A stretch of 36,229 nucleotides of DNA, taken from positions 1 to 36,229 of the forward strand of contig DAOVQV010000001.1 of assembly GCA_030628445.1 (NCBI GenBank). The letters run 5' to 3'. Origin of the DNA: Phycisphaerae bacterium. GTDB lineage: Bacteria > Planctomycetota > Phycisphaerae > SM23-33. Below, one piece after another: positions 1 through 7,800 of this stretch. A model generated the notes under the pieces. That model did no database searches and was not told the origin of the DNA. It saw only the letters and a list, made by a program, of their open reading frames with translations. The position numbers and the translations under genes were made by a program. Every line of letters begins with the position of its first letter. Positions within the stretch are counted from its first letter, which is position 1.

Positions 1-14
1 CCAGCAGTTCGGGC

Positions 15-473
15 ATGACCAGTGTGTGTGGGCCCTCGGCATTGCCCCGCGATATTAATGAAGCCGGAGACGTCGTGGGTGAGTATAATTTCGGATTCAA
101 CGCGTTCATCTGGACAGAGCAGGGCGGCACGGCGGACTTGGGCGACCTCGGCGGCCCTGCAACCATCGCCTATGGAATAAACAGCGCCCGGCAGGTAGTT
201 GGTTTCTCGTGCACGCCTGCGCTGCCTCACGCATTCCTCTGGACGCAGGGTGAAGCAATGCTCGACCTGAATGACTTGTTTGACGATCCATCAGACGCCG
301 CCGCATGGGTACTCGAAAGGGCCTGCGACATCAACAACAGCGGGCTAATCGTCGGCTGGGGTGAGCACAACGGTCAGACGCGTGCATTCTTGCTTACGCC
401 CATACCCGAGCCGGCGACGGTAGCGCTGCTCGGTTTCGGTTCGCTCCTGCTTATTCGCCGCCGGCGAAGATAG
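15..473 (+). CDS. HAF-family extracellular repeat protein with C-terminal PEP-CTERM sorting signal (probably 5'-truncated by the window edge)
   Basis: Three repeats of the type DINEAGDVVG / GINSARQVVGF / DINNSGLIVGW, separated by AF(I/L)W..G...DLxDL, fit the HAF repeat pattern. The C-terminus PIPEPATVALLGFGSLLLIRRRRR is a PEP motif, a hydrophobic helix and an Arg cluster. The frame stays open back to base 3, so the ATG at 15 may be internal. Confidence 0.8.
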   Translation: MTSVCGPSALPRDINEAGDVVGEYNFGFNAFIWTEQGGTADLGDLGGPATIAYGINSARQVVGFSCTPALPHAFLWTQGEAMLDLNDLFDDPSDAAAWVLERACDINNSGLIVGWGEHNGQTRAFLLTPIPEPATVALLGFGSLLLIRRRRR

Positions 474-547
474 ATTCAACTGCCCAACCGCGCAAGGTCC
501 CGGCCGCGGCGCGCCGCGCTTCCGCCATGCACCGCCCCTCAAAACCT

Positions 548-575
548 TTGACACCATGCGTCGGTTCGTTACCAT
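548..575 (+). promoter_or_regulatory. Candidate sigma70-type promoter upstream of pheT
   Basis: TTGACA (548-553), 16-nt spacer, TACCAT (570-575), about 70 nt upstream of the pheT ATG at 648. Confidence 0.35.
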
Positions 576-647
576 TTCCATTTCCCTTGCAGATAACGGT
601 TGTCCCCCACGAGCCCCAAGGCTCGGTGCGGATTGGTGAGATCGGCT

Positions 648-2660
648 ATGAAGGTATCCCTTAACTGGCTGACGGATTACGTGGACATCTCGATGTCGGC
701 GGATGAGCTGGGCGAGCTGTTTACGCGTATCGGGCTGGGCTGCGAGGGAATCGACCGCACGCCGACGGATATCATCTTCGATCTGGAGGTCACGTCGAAC
801 CGGCCGGACCTGCTGGGGCACATCGGCGTGGCCCGTGAGATCGCAGCTGCTACGGGCGCAGCTTTCAACCCGCCGACGCCGGATCCCGCCAAGGCCGGCA
901 AGACCGCCGCAAAGGTGGAAGACTTCACCAGCGTCGAAGTGCTCGACCCGGATTCATGTCCGCGTTACACCGCCCGCGTAGTCCGCAACGTCAAGGTGGG
1001 CCCCAGCCCGTCGTGGATGCTCGAGCGGCTCGAGGCGATGGGGCTGCGGAGCATCAACAACGTTGTCGATGTCACCAACTACGTCCTGTTTGAATACTCC
1101 CAGCCGCTGCACTGCTTCGATTACGACAAGCTTACCGCCAACCGCATCGTCGTGCGCCGCGCGAAAGACGGCGAGATACTAACCAGCATCGACGAGACCA
1201 AATGTCATCTGGACGATTCGATGCTGATTATAGCCGATGCGGAAAAGCCCGTGGCGATCGCCGGCGTGATGGGCGGACTGAACACCGAAGTGGGCCTGGA
1301 AACCACAGACGTGCTGATCGAGTCGGCCCAGTTCGACCCGCTGTCAGTCAGGCGGACCTCGCGCAAGCTGATGCTGATGAGCGAGAGCAACTACCGCTTC
1401 GAGCGGGGCGTAGACCCGGTGGGCGTAAATACCGCGTCTATGAGGGCGTGTGAGTTGATCCTGCAACTGGCCGGGGGCGAGCTGGCCGAGGGCGTCGTGG
1501 ACGTCTGGGCCGAACCATACGCCCCGCATACGGTGACGTTGAGGCCTAAGCGGACGAACCTGCTGCTGGGGATAGACGTACCGTCCAAGAAGCAGGTTGA
1601 GATCCTCGATAATCTCGCGCTGCGGCCCGACAGCTCCGGCGGGATCATCACGTGCACGATACCGTCCCACCGGGCGGACCTGACGCGCGAGGCGGATTTG
1701 ATTGAAGAGGTCGCCCGGGTCGTGGGGTACGACCGGATCCCCGTCGCCGATAAGGTCTTGCACAAGGTTCTACCCGAAGCCCCCAACGAACGGATCCGCC
1801 GGCAGGCGGCCCAGGTGCTGGCCGCGGGGGGGTTCGACGAGGCGATTACACCCACCTTCATCGATGCGAGCGAGGCGGCCCTGTTTGGGGTGAACCAGAC
1901 CGTCCGCGTCGATCCGCTCACCCGCAAGACCAACAACACCCTTCGTCCGACACTGTTGGCGTCCCTCCTGCGGGCGTGCAAGACGAACCAGGACGCCGGT
2001 AACACCGAGGTAAGCCTGTTTGAGCTGGCGAACGTCTTTAGTAGGCCCAGCGGCGGGCAACTTCCCACAGAGACCGCCGAGCTTGCGCTTGTAACGACGC
2101 GCCGGCTGCGCGACCTGCGCGGCACCGTCGAAGCGCTGGTTGGGACGATCGCACCGCAAACGCCGCTGGCGGCCCGCAAGAACAAGGTGGCGGGAATGGA
2201 CGAGACGACCGCGGCCCAGTTGCTGATGGACGGGCAGGACATCGGCGGAATCGGACTGATAAGCCCCGAAGCGCAGGACTACTACGCACTGCAGCAGAAC
2301 ATCGCCGCGGCAACGATCCGCTTCGATGCGCTTCTGGACCGCGGCGGTGCAAGACGGACCTACCGGCCGATCCCCAAGACACCCCCCGTGCGGCGCGACC
2401 TGTCGCTGATCGTCGACGAGGAGGTAACGTGGGAGCAGCTGTCTGGGGCCCTGGAGGCGGTGGAACAACCGCTGCGGGTGGGCCTGGAGTATGTCACCAC
2501 CTATCGCGGAGACCCGATCCCGCCGGACCGTAAGTCCGTCACCGTCACGCTGACCTACCGCCGGGAGGGCGAGACTCTGCGAGGCGAGCAGGTCGATGAG
2601 CAAATCCAGCAGGTGCTGGCGGCGATGAAAAGCGCCTTCGGCGCCGAGCTGCGCCAATAA
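648..2660 (+). CDS. pheT: Phenylalanine--tRNA ligase beta subunit
   Basis: The ORF 600..2660 has an in-frame ATG at 648 giving the typical PheT N-terminus MKVSLNWLTDYVDI. The length (~670 aa), the B3/B4-B5 core (RSINNVVDVTNYVLFEYSQPLHCFDYDKL; PVAIAGVMGG) and the C-terminal FDX-ACB-like end (RDLSLIVDEEV...SVTVTLTYR) all fit. No pheS lies directly upstream. Confidence 0.93.
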   Translation: MKVSLNWLTDYVDISMSADELGELFTRIGLGCEGIDRTPTDIIFDLEVTSNRPDLLGHIGVAREIAAATGAAFNPPTPDPAKAGKTAAKVEDFTSVEVLDPDSCPRYTARVVRNVKVGPSPSWMLERLEAMGLRSINNVVDVTNYVLFEYSQPLHCFDYDKLTANRIVVRRAKDGEILTSIDETKCHLDDSMLIIADAEKPVAIAGVMGGLNTEVGLETTDVLIESAQFDPLSVRRTSRKLMLMSESNYRFERGVDPVGVNTASMRACELILQLAGGELAEGVVDVWAEPYAPHTVTLRPKRTNLLLGIDVPSKKQVEILDNLALRPDSSGGIITCTIPSHRADLTREADLIEEVARVVGYDRIPVADKVLHKVLPEAPNERIRRQAAQVLAAGGFDEAITPTFIDASEAALFGVNQTVRVDPLTRKTNNTLRPTLLASLLRACKTNQDAGNTEVSLFELANVFSRPSGGQLPTETAELALVTTRRLRDLRGTVEALVGTIAPQTPLAARKNKVAGMDETTAAQLLMDGQDIGGIGLISPEAQDYYALQQNIAAATIRFDALLDRGGARRTYRPIPKTPPVRRDLSLIVDEEVTWEQLSGALEAVEQPLRVGLEYVTTYRGDPIPPDRKSVTVTLTYRREGETLRGEQVDEQIQQVLAAMKSAFGAELRQ

Positions 2661-2782
2661 TAGACCCGCCTGCTCGGGCGATCTGAGAAAATCTTTTGCG
2701 CTGCGATCCAGCTAAAATCCACCGGCGCAGGCGTTACCGGCTCGCCGCCGCCAGGACCCAAGTTCCCTCAAGTCCTATGTGC

Positions 2783-2810
2783 TTGGCGTCGATAGGAATG
2801 GTGGTATAAT
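2783..2810 (+). promoter_or_regulatory. Strong sigma70-type promoter with extended -10
   Basis: TTGGCG (2783-2788), 16-nt spacer ending in TGG, then a perfect TATAAT (2805-2810), i.e. TGnTATAAT. This is unusual in such GC-rich DNA. It sits in the lower-GC spacer between pheT and the next CDS. Confidence 0.45.
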
Positions 2811-2816
2811 TGTCTA

Positions 2817-2992
2817 CACGGAATCGCCTCTGCCGTGTTCGGCAGGCGGACCCATGTGAAAAGAACCGATACCCCATTGTTAGGGAAGCGACGTCCGAGA
2901 TGACGACGTGTCGGCATCTGGCGGCTGCCCACTTGAAATAATGGGTTCTTCTTCCTGGGACCCCACCGACACCGTGGTGGAGGCATTTTTTT
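2817..2992 (+). ncRNA. Candidate ~175-nt small RNA (unclassified) bounded by a promoter and an intrinsic terminator
   Basis: The start is inferred ~7 nt after the TATAAT. A 5' hairpin has arms CTGCCG/CGGCAG at ~2829-2846. A long imperfect rod follows: 2848-2854 pairs with 2956-2962, 2858-2867 with 2944-2953, 2875-2881 with 2937-2943, 2883-2889 with 2924-2930 and 2895-2902 with 2915-2921. A terminator hairpin plus T7 closes it. No convincing ORF is present. The family is not recognised. Confidence 0.3.
2963..2992 (+). terminator. Candidate intrinsic terminator
   Basis: CCACCG/TGGTGG stem (2963-2968 pairing with 2975-2980) followed by AGGCA and a run of seven T (2986-2992). Confidence 0.45.
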
Positions 2993-3246
2993 GCGCTGGT
3001 CCCTATCACGTCTCGAACACCCGCAAGCGAGGGCTCGCCGCGGTTTTGACTTGCAAGGACCTCCGTAAAATCCGGATAATGTCGCACCGGCCCGGATAAG
3101 AAATGAAATGTTGATTACAGGTTCACAGAACTTCCGAACGGCTTGGCGTTTATCATGACGGGTGGGCTGGCCCCGTCTCGGGCTCGAGGGCTGGCGTCAA
3201 AACGCAGGAGGGACGCGGCGGCGCCGGACGAATTGGAACACTGCGC

Positions 3247-6200
3247 ATGGGTTGTTATATCGGGATAGACATAGGCGCGATAAGCGCGACGGGTGCGGTA
3301 CTAACCGACAAAGACCTCGGCGAATCGATCGCGCAGAGCCAGCTGCGCCTGCTCAGCCAGGCCGCCACAGGCAAGCGTTGGATATATCTCAGCGAATACC
3401 GCCGCACGCGCGGCAGACCCGTCGCCGCGGCCGTGTCCCTCATCCGGCAGATCGCCGCAGCCTTGGGCACAGAACCCGTAAGCGGAATCTGCCTGACCGG
3501 CAGCGGCGCCAAGCTCGTCGCAGGTAAGCTCCCCGCGGGTCTGGTCAACGAATTCAAGGCCATCGCCGCCGGTGCCGCCGCGGCGGGCCTGGAGGTGCAA
3601 ACCATCTTCGAGATGGGCGGGGAGACGTCCAAGTTTCTGCGATTCACTCGCAACGACGACGGGACGTTCGGGATAGTCGATTACGCCACCAACGGCGACT
3701 GCGCCGCGGGGACGGGCGCTTTTATCGATCAACAGGCGGGCAGACTTAGATTCGCCGTCGAGGACGTCGGGCGGATTTGCCTTTCGGCCGAGCGGACCGC
3801 CCAGGTCGCCGGGCGACGCAGCGTCTTCGCCAAGTCCGACATGATCCACGCCCAGCAGAAGGGCTACAATCCTCCTGAGGTGCTGCGGGGGTTGTGCGAC
3901 GCGGTGGCCAGAAACTTCCGCACCGCCGTCGTGCGGTCACATGCGGTCGTCCCGCCGGTGGCTCTTATCGGCGGTGTGGCTAACAACGCCGCGGTCGTCC
4001 GGGCCCTGCGCGAGGCGTTCGGCCTGGACGATTCGTCACTGATCGTCCCGTCCGCCTTTGCCCACATCCCGGCGATCGGAGCTGCTGTCGCCGCCGCCAC
4101 CAGCGACCAGACGCCCGACCCATCACGCATCGAACAACTCATCGCCGCAGGACACGCAGACGCTCCCGCCGCACCCGGGGCGAAGTTCCCCGTCACAGCC
4201 CCGCTGAGCATGGAAAACGTCATCCTGCTGCGAGATAGGGAGCTGCCCTACGAAACGCCGTCCTGGTCCGGGAAGATCGACGCCTATCTCGGGATCGACG
4301 TCGGGAGCGTCTCGACGAACCTGGCGCTTATCGACACCGAAGGTAGCGTAATAACGGAGATCTACACGCGCACAGAAGGCAGGCCCATCGAAGTGGTCAG
4401 CGACGCCCTGCGTGAGATTCGGCGCCGCTGCGGGCGGGATGTCAACATCCGCGGTGTCGGGACTACCGGGTCCGGCCGGGAGCTTATCGGCCGGCTCGTC
4501 GGGGCCGATACGATCAACGACGAGATTACCGCCCACAAGACCGGCGCGACCTTCATCGGCCAAAAAATGCTCGCCGGACGCGTCCCCGACACGATCTTCG
4601 AGATCGGCGGGCAGGATTCCAAGTACATCTCGCTGCAAGACGACATCGTGGTGGACTTTACGATGAACGAAGCCTGCGCCGCCGGGACTGGAAGCTTCTT
4701 GGAAGAACGGGCCGACGAACTCGATATTGCCATCATCGGCCAGTTCGCCGAACTTGCCCTGTCCTCCGACGCCCCGATCCGCCTGGGCGAACGGTGCACC
4801 GTGTTCATGGAGCGCGACGTGAACAGCTACATGCATCGCGGCGCCAACAAAGCGGACATCGTCGCCGGGCTCGCCTACTCGGTGGTTTACAACTACATCA
4901 ATCGCGTGGTGCGCGGGCGGAAGATCGGCGATACGATTTTCTTCCAGGGGGGCACGGCGTACAACGACGCGGTGGCGGCGGCCTTCGCTGCGGTTTGCGG
5001 TAAGCAGATAATCGTCCCGCCGCACAACGGCGTGATCGGCGCGATCGGCGCGGCGCTGTTGGCGCAAGATAAGATGAACGCACCGGCGAGTGCTGTCGTT
5101 GAATCCGACCCGGCCGCCGGCGTGTACGTCTCCGACAAACCCGGCGCAGAGCCCACCTCTCGCCGCTGCAAGTTCCGCGGGTACGACCTGTCGGCGGTTG
5201 ATTACACGCTGGAGGAGTTCGTCTGCAAAGGCTGCTCTAACTCCTGTCAGATACAGGTGTTTACGGTCGAAGGCGAAAAGACTTACTGGGGCGACAAGTG
5301 CTCGGACCGGTATCGCAAGCGCGTCAAGGCCACCAATAAGCCCGTCATAGAGGACCTTATTTCGCTGCGGGAAGGGCTGCTGCTTGATGAGACTCATTTA
5401 CCGCCCGTCGGCGCCGACGCCCTTACGGTCGGGATTCCGCTGACGATGTTCGCCATCGAGCAGCTTCCATTCTGGCGAACGCTGCTGGGGGCGTGCGGGT
5501 TCGCAACGGTGCTGTCCGATCCGACCAACAGCAGGACCATCAAGGCGGGGCTCGATACCGTCGTAGCCGAGCCGTGCTTCCCCATCATCGTAGCCCACGG
5601 GCACGTCGCCGACCTTCTCGCCCGTGACGATGTCGATTACGTCCTGATACCCAACATCATCTCCATGGCGACTCCCTGGGTCAACAACGAGTCGCACCTG
5701 TGCCCCTGGCACCAGACGCTCCCCTACGTCTGCAGGCGCGCGCCGGCGTTTGAGCCTCACGCCCATAAGTTCCTGGCCCCGACGGTGCACTTCAGGGAAG
5801 GCCCCAGGTACGTCTGCAAGCAGCTGCAGCGGGCTTTTAAGGAACTGGGGATAAGCGCGGATACCACGGCCGCGGCCGTCAAAGCGGGCTTCGAGGCCCA
5901 GGCCAAATTCCGCGCCCGCATCCTCGCCGAAGGCCGAGCCGCACTGGACGCCCTAGCCAAATCCGGCGCGCCGGGCATCGTCCTTCTGGGAAGACCCTAT
6001 AACATCCACGACGCCGGCGTGAACCTTTCGGTCGGGCGGAAGCTGAGGGACTATTACGGCGTCAACTGCCTCCCGATGGACTTCCTGGAAACGGACCCCG
6101 TCGATATCCGCGACGTGAACACCAACATGTACTGGGACCTGGGCAGGCGGATCATCGCCGCTTCAAAGCTCGTCGGCGCCAATGCGAACCTGCACATCAT

Positions 6201-6402
6201 CTACATCACGAATTTCAAGTGCGGACCCGATTCGTTCATCAAGCATTTCATCCGCACCGCCTCGGGTAAGCCATATCTGTCGCTGCAGTTCGACGGGCAC
6301 AGCAACGACGCGGGGATAATGACCCGCTGCGAGGCGTACCTGGACTCAAAGGGAATCCTGCGGCCGTGGCGAAAAGAAAAGCTCGCCGCAACGACTGCAT
6401 AA
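3247..6402 (+). CDS. Tandem BcrAD/BadFG (HgdC-type) activase ATPase fused to an acyl-CoA dehydratase activase-related C-terminal domain; PlsA/Ger-like
   Basis: Two ATPase modules are visible: YIGIDIGAIS...NGDCAAGTGAF (aa 1-~290) and YLGIDVGSVSTN...NEACAAGTGSF...ERCTVFMERD (aa ~345-610). A Cys-rich linker (CKFRGY...CKGCSNSCQIQ...GDKC) follows. The last ~350 aa (EPCFPIIVAHGH...NFKCGPDSF...LQFDGHSNDAG) are of the kind found fused to such activases (DUF2229/COG3581-like). Confidence 0.85.
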   Translation: MGCYIGIDIGAISATGAVLTDKDLGESIAQSQLRLLSQAATGKRWIYLSEYRRTRGRPVAAAVSLIRQIAAALGTEPVSGICLTGSGAKLVAGKLPAGLVNEFKAIAAGAAAAGLEVQTIFEMGGETSKFLRFTRNDDGTFGIVDYATNGDCAAGTGAFIDQQAGRLRFAVEDVGRICLSAERTAQVAGRRSVFAKSDMIHAQQKGYNPPEVLRGLCDAVARNFRTAVVRSHAVVPPVALIGGVANNAAVVRALREAFGLDDSSLIVPSAFAHIPAIGAAVAAATSDQTPDPSRIEQLIAAGHADAPAAPGAKFPVTAPLSMENVILLRDRELPYETPSWSGKIDAYLGIDVGSVSTNLALIDTEGSVITEIYTRTEGRPIEVVSDALREIRRRCGRDVNIRGVGTTGSGRELIGRLVGADTINDEITAHKTGATFIGQKMLAGRVPDTIFEIGGQDSKYISLQDDIVVDFTMNEACAAGTGSFLEERADELDIAIIGQFAELALSSDAPIRLGERCTVFMERDVNSYMHRGANKADIVAGLAYSVVYNYINRVVRGRKIGDTIFFQGGTAYNDAVAAAFAAVCGKQIIVPPHNGVIGAIGAALLAQDKMNAPASAVVESDPAAGVYVSDKPGAEPTSRRCKFRGYDLSAVDYTLEEFVCKGCSNSCQIQVFTVEGEKTYWGDKCSDRYRKRVKATNKPVIEDLISLREGLLLDETHLPPVGADALTVGIPLTMFAIEQLPFWRTLLGACGFATVLSDPTNSRTIKAGLDTVVAEPCFPIIVAHGHVADLLARDDVDYVLIPNIISMATPWVNNESHLCPWHQTLPYVCRRAPAFEPHAHKFLAPTVHFREGPRYVCKQLQRAFKELGISADTTAAAVKAGFEAQAKFRARILAEGRAALDALAKSGAPGIVLLGRPYNIHDAGVNLSVGRKLRDYYGVNCLPMDFLETDPVDIRDVNTNMYWDLGRRIIAASKLVGANANLHIIYITNFKCGPDSFIKHFIRTASGKPYLSLQFDGHSNDAGIMTRCEAYLDSKGILRPWRKEKLAATTA

Positions 6403-6424
6403 TCCCGCCGGCCCGGCCGGGGAC

Positions 6425-6453
6425 TTGCTAACCGTCGCCGGCGCCCCTATATT
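6425..6453 (+). promoter_or_regulatory. Candidate sigma70-type promoter for the oxidoreductase gene
   Basis: TTGCTA (6425-6430), 17-nt spacer, TATATT (6448-6453). It lies ~48 nt upstream of the ATG at 6501, which is preceded by AAGGAG. Confidence 0.4.
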
Positions 6454-6500
6454 TGCACGACGCCGAGCAAGACCGTCCGAGCCGCCCCAAGGAGCAGACC

Positions 6501-7688
6501 ATGCCGAAACGCAAAACGCTTAACGTCGCATTGATCGGGCAGGGATTCATGGGCCGGACCCATTCCAACGCATGGGCCCAGGTCTCAAAGTTCTTCGACC
6601 CACCACTGAAGCCTGCGATGCACACGGTCTGTGGCCAGGTAGGTGAGTCGCCGGACTTTGCCGACAACTGGGGTTGGGCGAACTGGAGCACCAACTGGCG
6701 CAAGGTGATCAGAAGCGACGAGATCGACATCGTGGACATCGCTACGCCAAACTACTTGCACGCGCCGATGGCCCAGGCCGCCATCAAGGCCGCCAAGGTG
6801 GTCTGCTGCGAAAAGCCCCTCGCCGGGACGCTATCGGATGCGCGGAAGATGGCGGCTTCGGCGAAAAACACCGGCGTCAAGACGTTCGTGTGGTACAACT
6901 ACCGCCGCTGCCCAGCCGTCGCCTTCGCCCACAAGCTCGTGAGGCGTGGTAAGGTCGGGCGAATCCGCCACGTGAGGGCCTTCTACCTGCAGGACTGGGC
7001 GGATGAATCCGTCCCGCTCGCCTGGCGGTTCCAGAAGCGATGGGCGGGGTCGGGCGCCCACGGCGACCTGAATGCTCACATCGTCGACATGATGCGGTTC
7101 GTCACCGGCGAGCAGATCACCGAGATCTGCGGCGCGATCGCCGAGACGTTCATCAAGAGACGCAAACGAATGATCGGTGCTGCAGCAGGCGGGATCGCGG
7201 CGGGCCTGAAGTCCTCACGAAAAACCGGTAAGGTTACGGTGGACGACACTGTCCTGTTCTTGGCGCGATTCAGCGGCGGTGCGGTCGGAAGCTTCGAGGC
7301 AGCCCGCCAGGCGACCGGAAACCAGAACCGAAACGGCTTCGAGATCAACGGAACCAAGGGAGCGATCCGGTTCAACTTCGAGCGGATGAACGAGTTGGAA
7401 TATTACGACGCCACAACGGACAGGGCGGTGCAGGGCTGGACGACGATCATCTGCACGCACGCGCCCGACCATCCGTACGTCGACGCATGGTGGCCCGACG
7501 CGCACCCGATCGGATACGAGCACGGGTTTGTCAACATGGCCTACGACGTGTTGCGGTCGGTCGCCGGTAAGAAGCCCACCGTCGAAATCCCCGACTTCGC
7601 CGACGCCTACCAGACCCAGCGGGTCCTGGAGGCGGCGTTGATCTCGGGGACAAAGAGGCGGACAGTGAAGCTCTCTGCCGTTCGCTAG
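6501..7688 (+). CDS. Gfo/Idh/MocA family NAD(P)-dependent oxidoreductase
   Basis: The internal ATG at 6501 is preceded by AAGGAGCAGACC. The N-terminal Rossmann motif is LNVALIGQGFMGRTHSNAW. The EKP motif (VCCEKPLA) and a C-terminal alpha/beta domain typical of the family are present. Confidence 0.88.
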   Translation: MPKRKTLNVALIGQGFMGRTHSNAWAQVSKFFDPPLKPAMHTVCGQVGESPDFADNWGWANWSTNWRKVIRSDEIDIVDIATPNYLHAPMAQAAIKAAKVVCCEKPLAGTLSDARKMAASAKNTGVKTFVWYNYRRCPAVAFAHKLVRRGKVGRIRHVRAFYLQDWADESVPLAWRFQKRWAGSGAHGDLNAHIVDMMRFVTGEQITEICGAIAETFIKRRKRMIGAAAGGIAAGLKSSRKTGKVTVDDTVLFLARFSGGAVGSFEAARQATGNQNRNGFEINGTKGAIRFNFERMNELEYYDATTDRAVQGWTTIICTHAPDHPYVDAWWPDAHPIGYEHGFVNMAYDVLRSVAGKKPTVEIPDFADAYQTQRVLEAALISGTKRRTVKLSAVR

Positions 7689-7800
7689 AAAAGCCAAGAG
7701 AATCTCATTACGCTGGGAACCAGCGGACCTGCTGGGTCGTCTTAAGAGACATGGTGGCATTGCCGCTACCGGTTCCTACCTCAGGATAAGGAGACCTACC

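Noticed and set aside
600-647. TTG-initiated 16-codon extension of pheT.
   Set aside because: The ATG at 648 gives the canonical PheT N-terminus MKVSLNWL. The extension has no family support.
3072-3099. Direct repeat CCGGATAA ... CCGGATAA (20-bp spacing) upstream of the PlsA-like gene, a possible operator.
   Set aside because: It is only an 8-mer seen twice, which is within chance expectation for a 36-kb window. It has no dyad symmetry and no clear positional relation to a promoter.
2908-3099. 63-aa ORF in the pheT / PlsA-like spacer.
   Set aside because: It crosses the T7 terminator tract and has no RBS or recognisable features. The region is better explained as a non-coding RNA or regulatory spacer.
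4123-5397. 424-aa antisense ORF inside the PlsA-like gene. Similar long shadow ORFs include 1391..2242(-), 1770..2657(-), 10212..11429(-), 12212..13063(-), 17913..18719(+), 24259..25188(+), 26332..27174(+) and 34250..35050(+).
   Set aside because: These are typical stop-codon-poor shadow frames of high-GC DNA. Their translations are Arg/Pro/Gly-rich low-complexity sequence, and each lies fully inside a gene with clear family motifs on the other strand or frame.
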